Below, piece after piece: positions 30,713-41,957 of a DNA stretch of 64,000 bases. The notes beneath the pieces were generated by a model that was not told the DNA's origin, did no database searches, and worked only from the letters and a program-made list of their open reading frames with translations. A program made the translations under genes and the position numbers. This DNA is from Flavobacteriales bacterium (GTDB lineage: Bacteria; Bacteroidota; Bacteroidia; Flavobacteriales_D; CAJJDF01): NCBI GenBank assembly GCA_965660305.1, contig CBFHZD010000003.1, positions 67,379 to 131,378 on the forward strand, read 5' to 3'. The number at the start of each line of letters is the position of its first letter. Position 1 is the first letter of the stretch.

Positions 30713-30738
30713 CAAATCCCGACCAAAGTCGGAATTTG
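30713..30738 (-). terminator. Hairpin just downstream of icmF
   Basis: CAAATCCCGAC-caaa-GTCGGAATTTG imperfect inverted repeat; weak U-tract. Confidence 0.5.
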
Positions 30739-30747
30739 GTACTCTGC

Positions 30748-33700
30748 TTACATATTTCTCCTATACTGACCACCAACCTCAAACAAAGAATTAGTTATCT
30801 GACCAAGAGAACATACCTTAGTGGCTTCCATTAAGTATTCAAAAATATTTTCATTCTGGATGGCAGCTTTTTGGATTTTTTCTAATTCAGTACTCAATTT
30901 ATCTGAATTCGTTTTGTGTAAATCATTCAGCATTTCCAATTGGTATTGCTTTTCTTCTTCGCTAGCTCTTATTACCTCTGCAGGAACAATTGTGGGCGAT
31001 CCATTTTTACTTAAGAAAGTGTTTACACCGATAATAGGGAAATCTCCATTGTGTTTCAAAGTCTCGTAATACATGCTTTCTTCTTGTATTTTACTTCTCT
31101 GATACATGGTTTCCATTGCACCTAAAACTCCTCCACGTTCCGTTATTCTGTCAAATTCCATCAAGACTGCTTCTTCCACCAAATCAGTTAATTCTTCAAT
31201 GATAAACGAACCTTGGATTGGGTTTTCATTTTTAGTTAATCCTAATTCTTTGTTTATAATCAACTGAATGGCCATGGCTCTTCTTACCGATTCCTCGGTA
31301 GGAGTGGTAATGGCTTCGTCATAGGCATTGGTATGTAGTGAATTACAGTTGTCATAAATCGCATACAAAGCTTGAAGCGAAGTTCTAATATCGTTAAAAT
31401 CAATCTCTTGCGCATGCAATGAGCGCCCAGAAGTCTGAATGTGGTATTTCAACATTTGTGCTCTTGGATTGGCTTTGTATTTGTTTTTCATGGCTTTCGC
31501 CCAAATTTTTCTAGCCACACGTCCAATCACAGCGTACTCTGGATCAATCCCATTGGAAAAGAAAAAAGAAAGGTTTGGTCCAAATTTATTAATGTCCATT
31601 CCTCTACTTAAGTAATACTCAACGTAAGTGAATCCATTAGCCAGTGTAAGAGCAAGTTGCGTAATTGGATTTGCTCCAGCTTCGGCAATGTGATATCCAG
31701 AAATGGAAACCGAATAGAAGTTCCTAACTCCATTATCAATAAAGTATTCTTGCACATCTCCCATCAATCTTAGAGCAAATTCTGTAGAAAAAATACAGGT
31801 GTTTTGTGCTTGGTCTTCTTTTAAAATATCTGCTTGCACAGTTCCTCTTACTTGAGTTAAAGTTTCTGCTTTTATTTTGTTATAAACATCTGCTGGCAAC
31901 ACTTCGTCACCTGTTACTCCTAGCAACATCAGACCAAGTCCGTCATTTCCTTCTGGTAATTCTCCTTGGTAAGCCGGTCTTCTTGTTCCTGCTTTTTTGT
32001 ATTTAGCCACAATTTTAGCTTCTACCTCTTTTTCTAATCCGTTCTCTTTGATGTATTTCTCGCAATTTTGGTCGATGGCAGCATTCATAAAGAATCCGAG
32101 AAGCATAGGAGCAGGGCCATTAATTGTCATAGAAACTGACGTCAATGAATGTGATAAATCAAATCCGGAATACAGTTTCTTGGCATCATCCAGGCAGCAG
32201 ATAGAAACTCCTGAGTTCCCTACTTTTCCATAAATATCGGGTCTAGCATCTGGGTCATTTCCGTAAAGCGTCACTGAGTCAAAAGCTGTAGAAAGTCTTT
32301 TTGCCGGCATTCCTTGGCTTACATAGTGAAAACGTTTATTCGTTCTTTCTGGACCTCCTTCACCAGCAAACATTCTTGAAGGATCTTCTCCTGTTCTTTT
32401 GAAGGGATATAATCCCGATGTGTACGGAAATTCGCCCGGTACATTTTCCTGCAAAATCCAAGTTAACAAATCTCCCCAAGCTGTATATTTTGGTAAAGCG
32501 ACTTTAGGAATTTGCAAGTGAGATAATGACTCAGAATGTGTTTCTATTTTAATTTCTTTGTCTCTTACTTTAAAAACATACAATGGATCTTGATATTTTT
32601 TTACTTTCTCATTCCAATTTTGAATATGCTCAAAATTATGAGGGTCTAAGTTCATTTTAACTCTATCAAATTCAGTAATCAACAGTTCCAAAAACTCCTT
32701 GCGACCGTCATTCTCAGCTTGACTCAGAATCTGTTGGCTATCAAGCAGTCCTTTTACTATGATTGGTGCTGTGCCAGCAGTTCCTTCAATCGTCTTGTAA
32801 ATCCCATACAATTGTTGAGCTACCGTAGATTGTTCTTTGGCCCACTCATCGTAAGCTCTGTTGTTTTCAGAAATCTCAGATAAATAGCGCGTTCTTGATG
32901 GTGGGATTACAAATATCTTTTCCGACATTTCATCCGAGATATGGAATTGAGAAGCTAAGTCCTTAGCTGCTGTTCTTTCCACAATTTTATCCATGATAGC
33001 TTTGTACAACGTATTCATTCCTGGATCATTGAACTGAGAAGCAATGGTTCCAAAAACAGGTAATTCTTCTTGTGGCGTATCCCATAAATTGTTGTTTCGC
33101 ATGTATTGCTTTTTCACATCTCTCAATGCATCAAGCGAACCTCTTTTGTCAAATTTATTGATGGCTACTAAATCTGCAAAGTCAAGCATGTCGATCTTTT
33201 CCAATTGTGTAGCAGCTCCAAACTCTGGAGTCATGACATACAACGAAACATCAGAATGATCCATTATTTCTGTATCCGACTGTCCTATCCCAGAAGTTTC
33301 CAAAATTATTAAATCATAATTAGCCGCTTTCAAAATCAATAAAGCTTCTGCAACGTGTTTACTCAGGGCCAAATTGGATTGTCTTGTTGCCAACGAACGC
33401 ATATAAACTCTTTCGTTTTTAATGGCGTTCATTCTAATTCTATCCCCTAATAAAGCTCCACCAGTTTTTCTCTTAGATGGATCTACCGAAACAATAGCAA
33501 TGTTTTTATCAGGAAAGTCCAATAAAAATCTCCTTACCAATTCATCTACCAAGCTTGATTTTCCTGCACCTCCTGTTCCTGTAATCCCCAAGATGGGAGT
33601 ATCAACCTTCTCTGCCATGGCATGAACTTCGTCCATAACTGACTTCGCATCCTCTGGAAAATTTTCCGCAGCACTTATTAACCTGGCAATAGAGGTTACT

Positions 33701-34185
33701 TTTTTCTCTCCTAAAGTTTTTATTTCTCCATTTAACTTATCTCCAACCGGAAAGTCACTTTTCTCAACTAAATCATTAATCATCCCCTGCAATCCCATTG
33801 CTCTTCCATCATCTGGGTGATAAATCCTAGTAATACCATATTCCTGAAGTTCCTTAATTTCTTCAGGAAGAATAGTTCCACCACCACCAGCAAAAATCTG
33901 AATGTGATTTGCTCCCTTCTCCTTCAATAAGTCATGCATATACTTCAAATACTCTGTATGCCCACCTTGGTAGGAAGTCATCGCAATAGCTTGTACATCT
34001 TCCTGTATTGCTGTATTCACAACTTCTTCCACAGACCTATCATGTCCAAGATGAATTACCTCACAACCCGTAGATTGAATAATTCTTCGCATGATGTTGA
34101 TGGCCGCATCGTGCCCGTCAAAAAGAGATGCAGCAGTTACAATTCTTACTTTATTTATTGGTTTATAAGGAGTTTGATCAATCAT
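30748..34185 (-). CDS. icmF: Fused B12-dependent acyl-CoA mutase/MeaB GTPase (IcmF-type)
   Basis: N-terminal [10 protein letters not shown] cobalamin-binding domain, [17 protein letters not shown] GTPase, C-terminal mutase barrel ([18 protein letters not shown]). Confidence 0.92.
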   Translation of the reverse strand: MIDQTPYKPINKVRIVTAASLFDGHDAAINIMRRIIQSTGCEVIHLGHDRSVEEVVNTAIQEDVQAIAMTSYQGGHTEYLKYMHDLLKEKGANHIQIFAGGGGTILPEEIKELQEYGITRIYHPDDGRAMGLQGMINDLVEKSDFPVGDKLNGEIKTLGEKKVTSIARLISAAENFPEDAKSVMDEVHAMAEKVDTPILGITGTGGAGKSSLVDELVRRFLLDFPDKNIAIVSVDPSKRKTGGALLGDRIRMNAIKNERVYMRSLATRQSNLALSKHVAEALLILKAANYDLIILETSGIGQSDTEIMDHSDVSLYVMTPEFGAATQLEKIDMLDFADLVAINKFDKRGSLDALRDVKKQYMRNNNLWDTPQEELPVFGTIASQFNDPGMNTLYKAIMDKIVERTAAKDLASQFHISDEMSEKIFVIPPSRTRYLSEISENNRAYDEWAKEQSTVAQQLYGIYKTIEGTAGTAPIIVKGLLDSQQILSQAENDGRKEFLELLITEFDRVKMNLDPHNFEHIQNWNEKVKKYQDPLYVFKVRDKEIKIETHSESLSHLQIPKVALPKYTAWGDLLTWILQENVPGEFPYTSGLYPFKRTGEDPSRMFAGEGGPERTNKRFHYVSQGMPAKRLSTAFDSVTLYGNDPDARPDIYGKVGNSGVSICCLDDAKKLYSGFDLSHSLTSVSMTINGPAPMLLGFFMNAAIDQNCEKYIKENGLEKEVEAKIVAKYKKAGTRRPAYQGELPEGNDGLGLMLLGVTGDEVLPADVYNKIKAETLTQVRGTVQADILKEDQAQNTCIFSTEFALRLMGDVQEYFIDNGVRNFYSVSISGYHIAEAGANPITQLALTLANGFTYVEYYLSRGMDINKFGPNLSFFFSNGIDPEYAVIGRVARKIWAKAMKNKYKANPRAQMLKYHIQTSGRSLHAQEIDFNDIRTSLQALYAIYDNCNSLHTNAYDEAITTPTEESVRRAMAIQLIINKELGLTKNENPIQGSFIIEELTDLVEEAVLMEFDRITERGGVLGAMETMYQRSKIQEESMYYETLKHNGDFPIIGVNTFLSKNGSPTIVPAEVIRASEEEKQYQLEMLNDLHKTNSDKLSTELEKIQKAAIQNENIFEYLMEATKVCSLGQITNSLFEVGGQYRRNM

Positions 34186-34209
34186 AAAATAGTTTCTTTT
34201 TAGGAGTTT

Positions 34210-34217
34210 CAAAGATA
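34210..34217 (-). promoter_or_regulatory. -7 box for icmF
   Basis: TATCTTTG on the minus strand, 24 nt before ATG 34185. Confidence 0.55.
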
Positions 34218-34367
34218 AAAATATTTGAACTTTTAATTCGATTAATAGTTAATAAAAATGATTGGTATAAATTTTGACTACAAGGGAATAATTATCAACA
34301 CGCTCCGCGTATTATTTTTTTAGAAAAAATCTATGCTAAAAACATATAAATTAACGTAATTAGAAGA

Positions 34368-35360
34368 ATGATGAAGAAATTAATTGTTACAATCGGCCTA
34401 CTTCCTTTTTGCCTTTTCGGCCAAGGGGGTTATGGAGTTGTTGAAGTAACACAAAGAAATGATTCTAAACCTATTTATTTTGTTCCTGATGAACAATTAG
34501 TGTCTGAAAGGTGGGATTTGTTGGCTCAACCAAATTTCTGGAAAAAAGTGATGGTTCTTTCCTCCGATTCTTGCATTGTAAATGTTGCAGCAACACGCGA
34601 GATCCTTTACAAAACCTCCTTTACAGATTGGATGTTGCAAACCGAAGAGGAAAAAGACAGTGTTAGACAGAGCATCAGACAGAACTATGGATTGGATTCT
34701 GCTGAAATGATTTATGTCACTTCAGGAAAAAGTCATTTTTATCAAATTGGCAAAGTATTGCCATCGCTATCAAAGGGGATTGAGATTTTTGAGCAGGAAG
34801 GAGTTAATCCTTGGTATGCCCAAACCATTTTATTGATAGAAAGTCCTGGGAAAATTGCATTTTCAAGTGTCGGTGCTTTTGGCCCTTTTCAGTTAATGAA
34901 ATCGGTGGCTAGAACCTACGGATTAACTGTGAATAGATATGTGGATGAAAGAAAGGATTTTGAAAAATCGGCAGTTGCAGCTTCTAAATTAATTCGAGTT
35001 TCTTGTATTCCTAGCGCCAAATCTATCCTGGAAAGAAACAACATAGAGTATAATGAAAACGACCTCTGGTTCAAGCTATTTGTTCTTCACATTTATCATG
35101 CAGGAGCAGGAAATGTAGGAGGATTGTTGGATGAAATGAAACCGAAAAATGGCGGGATGAAATTGATTACAGAAATGTGGCAAAATGAATTTGGAGGTTT
35201 TAAAAATGCATCTCAAAATTATTCTCAGGTTGCCTTAGCCTTTAATTTAATTTTAGAGGAACTTATATATGCAAATTGTGAAATTCTGTATGAATGCAGA
35301 CAGAATTTTATACATTTGAATGAACCCTTAAATCAATCAAATGTTCAAGATAGCGAGTAA
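34368..35360 (+). CDS. Secreted lytic transglycosylase (SLT/MltD-like domain)
   Basis: Signal peptide ..LFGQ; LIES catalytic Glu, GAFGPFQLM, VDERKD, YHAG. Confidence 0.75.
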   Translation: MMKKLIVTIGLLPFCLFGQGGYGVVEVTQRNDSKPIYFVPDEQLVSERWDLLAQPNFWKKVMVLSSDSCIVNVAATREILYKTSFTDWMLQTEEEKDSVRQSIRQNYGLDSAEMIYVTSGKSHFYQIGKVLPSLSKGIEIFEQEGVNPWYAQTILLIESPGKIAFSSVGAFGPFQLMKSVARTYGLTVNRYVDERKDFEKSAVAASKLIRVSCIPSAKSILERNNIEYNENDLWFKLFVLHIYHAGAGNVGGLLDEMKPKNGGMKLITEMWQNEFGGFKNASQNYSQVALAFNLILEELIYANCEILYECRQNFIHLNEPLNQSNVQDSE

Positions 35361-35856
35361 AGTTACTTTTTTAGATGAAGTTGGGCTTTATACTATTACA
35401 AAGATCTTAAGCGAAGACTCATTTGTAGTAGAAGACGAGCACGGGTTTGACAGAAATTGTCACATTAGTGAAATCTCTTTGTTTGAGGAGAATGCATTTG
35501 ATGGAGTAGAAATTGAAACTTTTGAAAATCGTGAGGTAAAAGTAAATCCTTTTGCAAAAAAAAGAAAAGTTGAAAAAAAGATACCAACAATAGATTTACA
35601 CATGGAAAATCTACTCGACTCTCACAGGCACATGGCCAACCATGAAATTGTTTTATTTCAGTTAGACCGATGCAAACGAGAAATTGACAAACACATCGAA
35701 AAAGGAACTTCTCAGCTGGTAATAATCCATGGAGTAGGGAAGGGAAGGTTGAAAGAAGAGGTGAGGTATCTCTTAAATAGCTATCCAAATATAGAATATA
35801 TGGATGAGCATTATTCAGATAATGGAATTGGTGCAACTAAAGTGTTCATAAAATAA
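35341..35856 (+). CDS. Smr/MutS2-C domain protein
   Basis: IDLHME, IIHGVGKGRLK, GATKV. Confidence 0.85.
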   Translation: MFKIASKVTFLDEVGLYTITKILSEDSFVVEDEHGFDRNCHISEISLFEENAFDGVEIETFENREVKVNPFAKKRKVEKKIPTIDLHMENLLDSHRHMANHEIVLFQLDRCKREIDKHIEKGTSQLVIIHGVGKGRLKEEVRYLLNSYPNIEYMDEHYSDNGIGATKVFIK

Positions 35857-35923
35857 CTTTTAGTTAATACATCTTTATTTTTTTTCTATGTATTTTTGTA
35901 CAATTATTAACAAAAACACAATT

Positions 35924-37282
35924 ATGAAAAAAATAATTACTCTGCTCGCAGTGGCATTCGCTGCAAATTTATCAATCGGTCAAACCACGGTTTTCCAAAG
36001 TGATCTTTCATCTTGGGATACATCTGGTAACCCTACAGATTTTTTTGGTCCAGTAACCAGTATTTCTTCTTCGAATGTGACTCAAGTATCTACGGGAGCA
36101 ACTTATGGCACCTCTTTTGCCAATGTTGTAAACACATCAACATCCCACAAAAGGCTGACAACTCAACCATTCAACGCAATACCAAGTACAGACTATGTAA
36201 TAAAAATGTTCATTGCTGGTACTGCCGAAGTTAGAGTAAGAGCGTATGACGTCACCAACTCCTCTTATGTTTCTAACTACACTAATTATCAGAATACAAC
36301 AGGTACGGCTGTAACTATGTATACTGACACAGTAACTACTCCCTCAGGTTGTAATTCCATGTCCTATATTATTTCATTGAGAAATACAGCAGCTTTAGGA
36401 ATAGCTCTCGATTCTGTGTCAATTACAGCTTTAACAAGTACACCTCCTCCACCAGCAACTTATTTATCTAAAACTATTTACGATATACAATACACAACAG
36501 ATGCATCAGGAGACTCTCCTTACAAAGATTCATTAGTTGAAACTTCTGGAATTGTAACAGGAATGGAGGGTAGCAAGTTTTTCTTACAAGACGGAACTGG
36601 AGCATGGAATGGAGTTTATGTTTACAATTTCGTTTCTTCACCTTCAATTGCAGTAGGTGACAACATTACCATAAAAGGCGAAGTGGCAGAATATTATGGA
36701 TTGACTCAAGTCAAGAATATTGATACTATCATTGTTAACTCAACTGGAAATACATTGCCTGCAGCTATAATGTTGAACTCATCTACAATGCAAGATGAAC
36801 AATACGAAGGATGCCTAGTTAAATTAACCGGAGCTACATGTGTTAATCCTTCTGCTGGTTTTGGAGAATGGGACGTGTTGAATGCAACTGATACGGGAGT
36901 AATTGATGACTTGATGTACGCTTACACTCCAACATTAGGAACAAACTATGACGTTACGGGAATCATGTATTATTCTTTTGGAGAATACAAATTGGAGCCA
37001 AGAGATACAACTGATATTTCGTTAACTTCTTCTACTTCTTTGAATGAAAAATCAAATGACCTAACTCTATCATTATTTCCAAACCCAGTATCAGACTTCT
37101 TTACAATTGAGGGAGTAAACTTGGGAACTGCTGAAATTATGAATGCAGAAGGAAAAATAATTAAAAGTATTTCTTTGAACTACATCAATACGATTGATGT
37201 TTCTGAATTAACAAATGGTATTTACATCATCAAAGTAACTTCAGATAATAAAGTTGGATTCACAAGATTTGTGAAGCAATAA
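35924..37282 (+). CDS. T9SS-secreted protein with YhcR-like OB-fold domains
   Basis: Signal peptide ..SIGQ; TIYDIQ..SPYKDSLVETSGIVT..FFLQD..GVYVY..GDNITIKGEVAEYYGLTQ; YEGCLVK; YKLEPR; FPNPV..RFVKQ CTD; TATTTTTG box at 35891-35898 supports this start. Confidence 0.8.
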   Translation: MKKIITLLAVAFAANLSIGQTTVFQSDLSSWDTSGNPTDFFGPVTSISSSNVTQVSTGATYGTSFANVVNTSTSHKRLTTQPFNAIPSTDYVIKMFIAGTAEVRVRAYDVTNSSYVSNYTNYQNTTGTAVTMYTDTVTTPSGCNSMSYIISLRNTAALGIALDSVSITALTSTPPPPATYLSKTIYDIQYTTDASGDSPYKDSLVETSGIVTGMEGSKFFLQDGTGAWNGVYVYNFVSSPSIAVGDNITIKGEVAEYYGLTQVKNIDTIIVNSTGNTLPAAIMLNSSTMQDEQYEGCLVKLTGATCVNPSAGFGEWDVLNATDTGVIDDLMYAYTPTLGTNYDVTGIMYYSFGEYKLEPRDTTDISLTSSTSLNEKSNDLTLSLFPNPVSDFFTIEGVNLGTAEIMNAEGKIIKSISLNYINTIDVSELTNGIYIIKVTSDNKVGFTRFVKQ

Positions 37283-37304
37283 TAAGTTAGAACTATTTGT
37301 TCTT

Positions 37305-37339
37305 AAAAAGTGCTTGTGAATATCACAAGCACTTTTTTT
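37305..37339 (+). terminator. Intrinsic terminator
   Basis: AAAAAGTGCTTGTGA-ata-TCACAAGCACTTTTT plus T-tract. Confidence 0.88.
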
Positions 37340-37373
37340 ATGCAAAAGATAAAGTATCTATTAACTTTGGACT

Positions 37374-38621
37374 ATGAAAGTATTTAAGTTTGGAGGAGCT
37401 TCTGTGAAAGACGCTAATTCTGTCAGAAACTTGGCAAAAATCATTTCTGCGCACAAATCAGAGCAGCTTATTGTGGTTGTCTCGGCCATGGGAAAAATGA
37501 CCAATGCTTTTGAATGGTTGATTAATTCTTTTTGTTACAGTCCAGAAAAATTAAACGAAAGTCTCCAGTCAATTATTGACTTTCACAATGAAATTCTATG
37601 GGATTTATTTCCCGATAAGGGTCATGCCGTTTATGTCGATGTGAATGAATTGTTTTTTCAATTAGAAGAGGTGCTTCAATCCTCTCCCAAGAATAATTAT
37701 GATGAATCATACGATTCTATCATCGGGTTTGGAGAGTTAATTTCCACAACCATAGTCAGTCATTTGTTAACTGAACTCCACATAAAAAACAAATGGGTAG
37801 ATGCCAGAGAATTAATCAAAACAAACTCAGATTTTAGGCAAGCAACAGTAGACTGGAAATTAACAGAAAAAAACATCCAAACAGAAAATAGCAACTCAAT
37901 TCTTATATCACAAGGTTTTATTGGCAGTGATGCTTCTGGCAGAATGACCAGCTTGGGCAGAGAAGGGTCAGATTTTACAGCGGCTATTTTTGGGTATTGT
38001 ACAAAGGCAGAAAGTGTTACGATTTGGAAAGATGTAGCCGGAGTTTTGAATGCCGATCCAAAGCATTTTCCTGAAGCTACCAAAATAGATAAAATGAGCT
38101 ACCGAGAAGCCATTGAATTAAGTTATTATGGAGCAACAGTAATTCATCCAAAGACGATTAAACCTTTGGAAAACAGAATAATCCCATTGTATGTTAAATC
38201 TTTCATTCATCCTGATAAGGAAGGGACAGTAGTTCAGAAATCTACAAATTATGACGCTCTGGTTCCTTCTTATATTTTCATTGAAAATCAAATTTTGGTT
38301 TCTATCTCCCCCAAAGATTTCTCTTTTATTGCCGAAGACAATCTAAGTTTTATCTTTGCTAAACTTGCCGAGGCAAAAATTAAAGTAAACTTGATCCAAA
38401 ACTCTGCGTTAAGTTTTTCTGTTTGTTTCGAAAACACGAAAAACAAAGTTGAGCAACTATTCACCCTCCTCAAAGGAACATTTGAGGTACGCTACAACGA
38501 TGATGTCACCTTGTTGACGATAAGACATTACAATGAAGAAATTCTGGATGCCATGACGGCAAATAAAACAATATTTCTTGAGCAAAAATCTAGGAACTCA
38601 GCTCGGTTCGTATTAAGGTAA
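37374..38621 (+). CDS. lysC: Aspartate kinase
   Basis: VFKFGGASV, VVSAMG, GELIS, LGREGSDFTA, DVAGVLNADP, GATVIHP. Confidence 0.9.
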   Translation: MKVFKFGGASVKDANSVRNLAKIISAHKSEQLIVVVSAMGKMTNAFEWLINSFCYSPEKLNESLQSIIDFHNEILWDLFPDKGHAVYVDVNELFFQLEEVLQSSPKNNYDESYDSIIGFGELISTTIVSHLLTELHIKNKWVDARELIKTNSDFRQATVDWKLTEKNIQTENSNSILISQGFIGSDASGRMTSLGREGSDFTAAIFGYCTKAESVTIWKDVAGVLNADPKHFPEATKIDKMSYREAIELSYYGATVIHPKTIKPLENRIIPLYVKSFIHPDKEGTVVQKSTNYDALVPSYIFIENQILVSISPKDFSFIAEDNLSFIFAKLAEAKIKVNLIQNSALSFSVCFENTKNKVEQLFTLLKGTFEVRYNDDVTLLTIRHYNEEILDAMTANKTIFLEQKSRNSARFVLR

Positions 38622-38623
38622 TT

Positions 38624-40525
38624 ATGAATTATATTTCTATAGAAAACGTTTCAAAGTCCTACGGAATAAAGATATTATTTGAAGAAGTAACCTTTGGGAT
38701 TGACAAAGGAGACAAAATCGCATTGGTTGCAAAAAACGGGACTGGAAAATCTACCTTACTCAAAATTATAAAAGGAATAGAAACACCAGATACCGGACAG
38801 GTTATCATGAGAAATGATACTACAATTGGTTTTTTAGATCAGGCAGATTCCTTTGAGAAATACGAAACAATAAAGGATTATATTTTTGATTCTCCCAAAT
38901 TCCGAATCGTACAACAATATGAGGAACTAGCAGCAAATGATCCAGCTTCGGATGCTTTTCAGGAGGCAATGGACGAAATGAACCGAATTGGAGGCTGGGA
39001 TGCAGAACAGCAAGCTCAAAAAATCCTGTCTGTTCTTGGTCATCATGATTTTGAACGCAGTGTAAGAAAAATGTCCGGTGGCGAACACAAGCGATTGGCA
39101 TTGGCAAAAGTGCTGCTCAACGAACCTGATGTGCTTATTTTGGATGAGCCTACAAATCATCTGGATTTGGATATGATTGAATGGTTGGAAGAATACTTGT
39201 CACAAAAAAACCTGACACTATTTATGGTTACTCACGACAGGTATTTCCTCGAGAGTATTTGTTCCGACATTATAGAGCTAGACGGTGGCGCTTGTTACAA
39301 GTATAAAGGAAACTACTCCTACTATTTGGATAAAAGAGCGGAGCGTTTTGCGAGCGACCAAACAACCATTGACAAGGCTAAAAACCTCATGAAGAAAGAG
39401 TTGGAATGGCTCCGAAGACAACCAAAGGCAAGAGGTACCAAACAAAAGGCAAGGATTGACGCTTTTGACGCTGTGAAAGAAGCAGCCACCAAAAAGATTG
39501 ACAATTCCACTTTGGAACTCAAAGTACTTTCTACTCGTTTGGGAACTAAAATATTAGAATTCCACAACGTTTCAAAAAGTTTTGGAGACAATACCATGCT
39601 CGATAAATTTAGTTACAATTTTAAACGAAGTGAAAAAATAGGAATAGTAGGGAAGAACGGAGTTGGTAAAACCACCTTCATCAACATGATAATGGATGAA
39701 TTAGCTCCAGATGCTGGAAAAATTGTAATTGGAGATACCGTAAAATTTGGTTATTACAATCAAAAAGGAATGTCATTTAAACCCGGAAAAAAAGTGATAG
39801 AGGTAGTGAAAGACATTGCCGAATCTATCCCGCTCGAAAAAGGGAAATCCATTACTGCTTTGCAACTGTTGGAGAAATTCTTCTTTCCTAAAAACATGCA
39901 TTATCAGCATGTAGAATTACTCAGTGGTGGTGAAAAGAAACGATTATATCTGTTGACAATCCTTTTGGAAAACCCCAATTTTCTTATCCTAGATGAGCCG
40001 ACCAATGATTTGGATATTTATACCATTCAGGCGTTAGAGAATTTCTTAGATCTCTTTCAAGGTTGTTTGATTGTTATCTCTCACGACAGGTATTTTATCG
40101 ATAAAGTTTGTGACCACATATTCTATTTTAAAGGAGAAGGCCAAATTAAAGATATTCTTGGTAATTACACCAAATACAGGGAGTTGCTAATGGCGGACAA
40201 TGAACTCCAAAGAATAGAAAAGAGAGAGGAAAAAGGGGAGAGGACAGAAAAGTATGACATCTCTGTAAGTAAAGCAGCCGAAAAAAAAGAATACAAAACT
40301 AAGCCGGCAATTAGCAACAATAAGCGAAAAGAGTTTATGAAACTCGAAGATCAAATTGCCAAATTAGAAAAAAAGAAAAAAGAAATTACTGAAAAAATGT
40401 ATAACCCAGATTTGTCACCGGAAGAACTACAGAAACTGGCGGATGAATTGAGAGAAACAGGTGAAATCTTAGATGAAAAAACCATGGCTTGGATGGAGAT
40501 TGCCGAGTTAATGGAAGGGGAGTAA
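38624..40525 (+). CDS. ABC-F family ATPase (Uup-like)
   Basis: Two NBDs (NGTGKST/MSGGE/DEPTNHLD and NGVGKTT/LSGGE/DEPTNDLD), EWLRRQPKARGTK linker, C-terminal coiled coil. Confidence 0.92.
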   Translation: MNYISIENVSKSYGIKILFEEVTFGIDKGDKIALVAKNGTGKSTLLKIIKGIETPDTGQVIMRNDTTIGFLDQADSFEKYETIKDYIFDSPKFRIVQQYEELAANDPASDAFQEAMDEMNRIGGWDAEQQAQKILSVLGHHDFERSVRKMSGGEHKRLALAKVLLNEPDVLILDEPTNHLDLDMIEWLEEYLSQKNLTLFMVTHDRYFLESICSDIIELDGGACYKYKGNYSYYLDKRAERFASDQTTIDKAKNLMKKELEWLRRQPKARGTKQKARIDAFDAVKEAATKKIDNSTLELKVLSTRLGTKILEFHNVSKSFGDNTMLDKFSYNFKRSEKIGIVGKNGVGKTTFINMIMDELAPDAGKIVIGDTVKFGYYNQKGMSFKPGKKVIEVVKDIAESIPLEKGKSITALQLLEKFFFPKNMHYQHVELLSGGEKKRLYLLTILLENPNFLILDEPTNDLDIYTIQALENFLDLFQGCLIVISHDRYFIDKVCDHIFYFKGEGQIKDILGNYTKYRELLMADNELQRIEKREEKGERTEKYDISVSKAAEKKEYKTKPAISNNKRKEFMKLEDQIAKLEKKKKEITEKMYNPDLSPEELQKLADELRETGEILDEKTMAWMEIAELMEGE

Positions 40526-40567
40526 TTTATTTTCTCATATTCTGCATAAAGGTCACTTCATACAAAA

Positions 40568-40603
40568 ACAAACAGATTAACATAAATTTGAAAATCTGTT
40601 TGT
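40568..40603. terminator. Inverted repeat between convergent genes
   Basis: ACAAACAGATT-N14-AATCTGTTTGT, 11-bp perfect stem. Confidence 0.5.
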
Positions 40604-40667
40604 AAATGATTGTTAATAAGTTTTCTAACTGGTTAAATTACCACTCTATTATCATCTATTAATTTCT

Positions 40668-41792
40668 TTAGTTACTATTTCCTTTTGCATTAAATCCGAA
40701 TGAAAGACCAACCCTAAAACTCTTTTTTTGCATCACCGTAAATAAATTAATAGGAATATTCAAATCCCCACTTTTTAGACTAAACCCAACACCAAAAAGA
40801 AATCCAGCGTTCAAGGTTACGTTTCCTCGACTGTCCAATCGCGTAACAATTGGGTTGGGATTGTCTCCCTCTTGATCCCATTCTGTTCTTAATTTCCATT
40901 GGTTGTCATCAAAGTATCCTTTCGATACTCTAGAAAACCCAAAAGTAGGACCAAATGCAAACTCTAGCCCAGATTTGTTATCTCTTAAACCATGAAGAAC
41001 GGTCAATGAAGGTAAAAACAAGCCTTGCTCCAACCCAGTAATCGTTGGAATAAACTCGAATAACCCCTGAACTCTTCCTTGATTTAAATACTGGGTTTCG
41101 AATTGATACCCGAACTGAAACAATGTAGCTGATGCATCATAACCACCTTGCTCTCTCGGTTTTTTAAGAATATCTCCATTTTCACCCAAAATATGAACAA
41201 CTCCCATTCTTACACCAGAATGGTTCAACCTTTTTACATTTGGGTTGTTTGGAACACCTTCACGGCTGTTTATTTGAGTCAAATAATCTATCATTTGTTT
41301 CTCTCTTTCAATTCCATACATTTCCTGGAGAGTAAGTAGGATCATGTTTTTTGATTCAGCAGGAATATCTTTATATTCTCTTGAAATTGAGTTTGTTATT
41401 TTAGTTGAGGAAAGATCAAATTCACGAAAGGAGACAATAATATTTCCTCTGATTCTTTCAATGTAGCCACTTAACATTTTATCTGAATTTAGTAATTTTC
41501 CCGCCTTCTCCAGACATTGAATGCTGTAACAATCATAGGTGATTTTTTCACCCAAGCCCGTACTTTTTTGTGTCAATGCGTAATTGATGTCTTGGTCGTA
41601 CATAATGGTATAAACACTTAATTTATTCATCAAATGTCGCGTAATATTTCCTGCCTCTGCTGACGAAACCATTTGTTCGCCTTTAGCTTGAATATTAAGA
41701 ACTGTGCAGCTAGGCTTGATTTGGTCTTGTCCAAAAGAGAAATTTACCGTGAATAATGCAATTCCGAGTATTGTTTTTTTAATTGTTTTCAT
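40668..41792 (-). CDS. Secreted hypothetical protein, possibly with a C-terminal beta-barrel
   Basis: Signal peptide ..SFGQ; alternating aromatic/Gly strands (FQFGYQFE, FGVGFSL, VGLSFGFN). Confidence 0.6.
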   Translation of the reverse strand: MKTIKKTILGIALFTVNFSFGQDQIKPSCTVLNIQAKGEQMVSSAEAGNITRHLMNKLSVYTIMYDQDINYALTQKSTGLGEKITYDCYSIQCLEKAGKLLNSDKMLSGYIERIRGNIIVSFREFDLSSTKITNSISREYKDIPAESKNMILLTLQEMYGIEREKQMIDYLTQINSREGVPNNPNVKRLNHSGVRMGVVHILGENGDILKKPREQGGYDASATLFQFGYQFETQYLNQGRVQGLFEFIPTITGLEQGLFLPSLTVLHGLRDNKSGLEFAFGPTFGFSRVSKGYFDDNQWKLRTEWDQEGDNPNPIVTRLDSRGNVTLNAGFLFGVGFSLKSGDLNIPINLFTVMQKKSFRVGLSFGFNAKGNSN

Positions 41793-41957
41793 AACTTTAG
41801 TTTTTGTGTTATTGATGTTTCAAAATTCGCAATAACTACCGTTGTTGTAAAAGCTAATTGTCTCTTTTTATGACACTAATCTTTGGCGAAACTTTATGTA
41901 ATCACTTGTTTTAAAGTCACTTAAATTAAATTTTACTGACATTATAAATTCATTATT

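Noticed and set aside
34186-34367. Cobalamin riboswitch before icmF
   Set aside because: No B12-box or conserved helices; the promoter box is 24 nt from the start
40575-40600. Second dif-like site (ATTAACATAA)
   Set aside because: Partial XerD-arm match only, with no XerC arm at the right spacing; better explained as part of an inverted repeat
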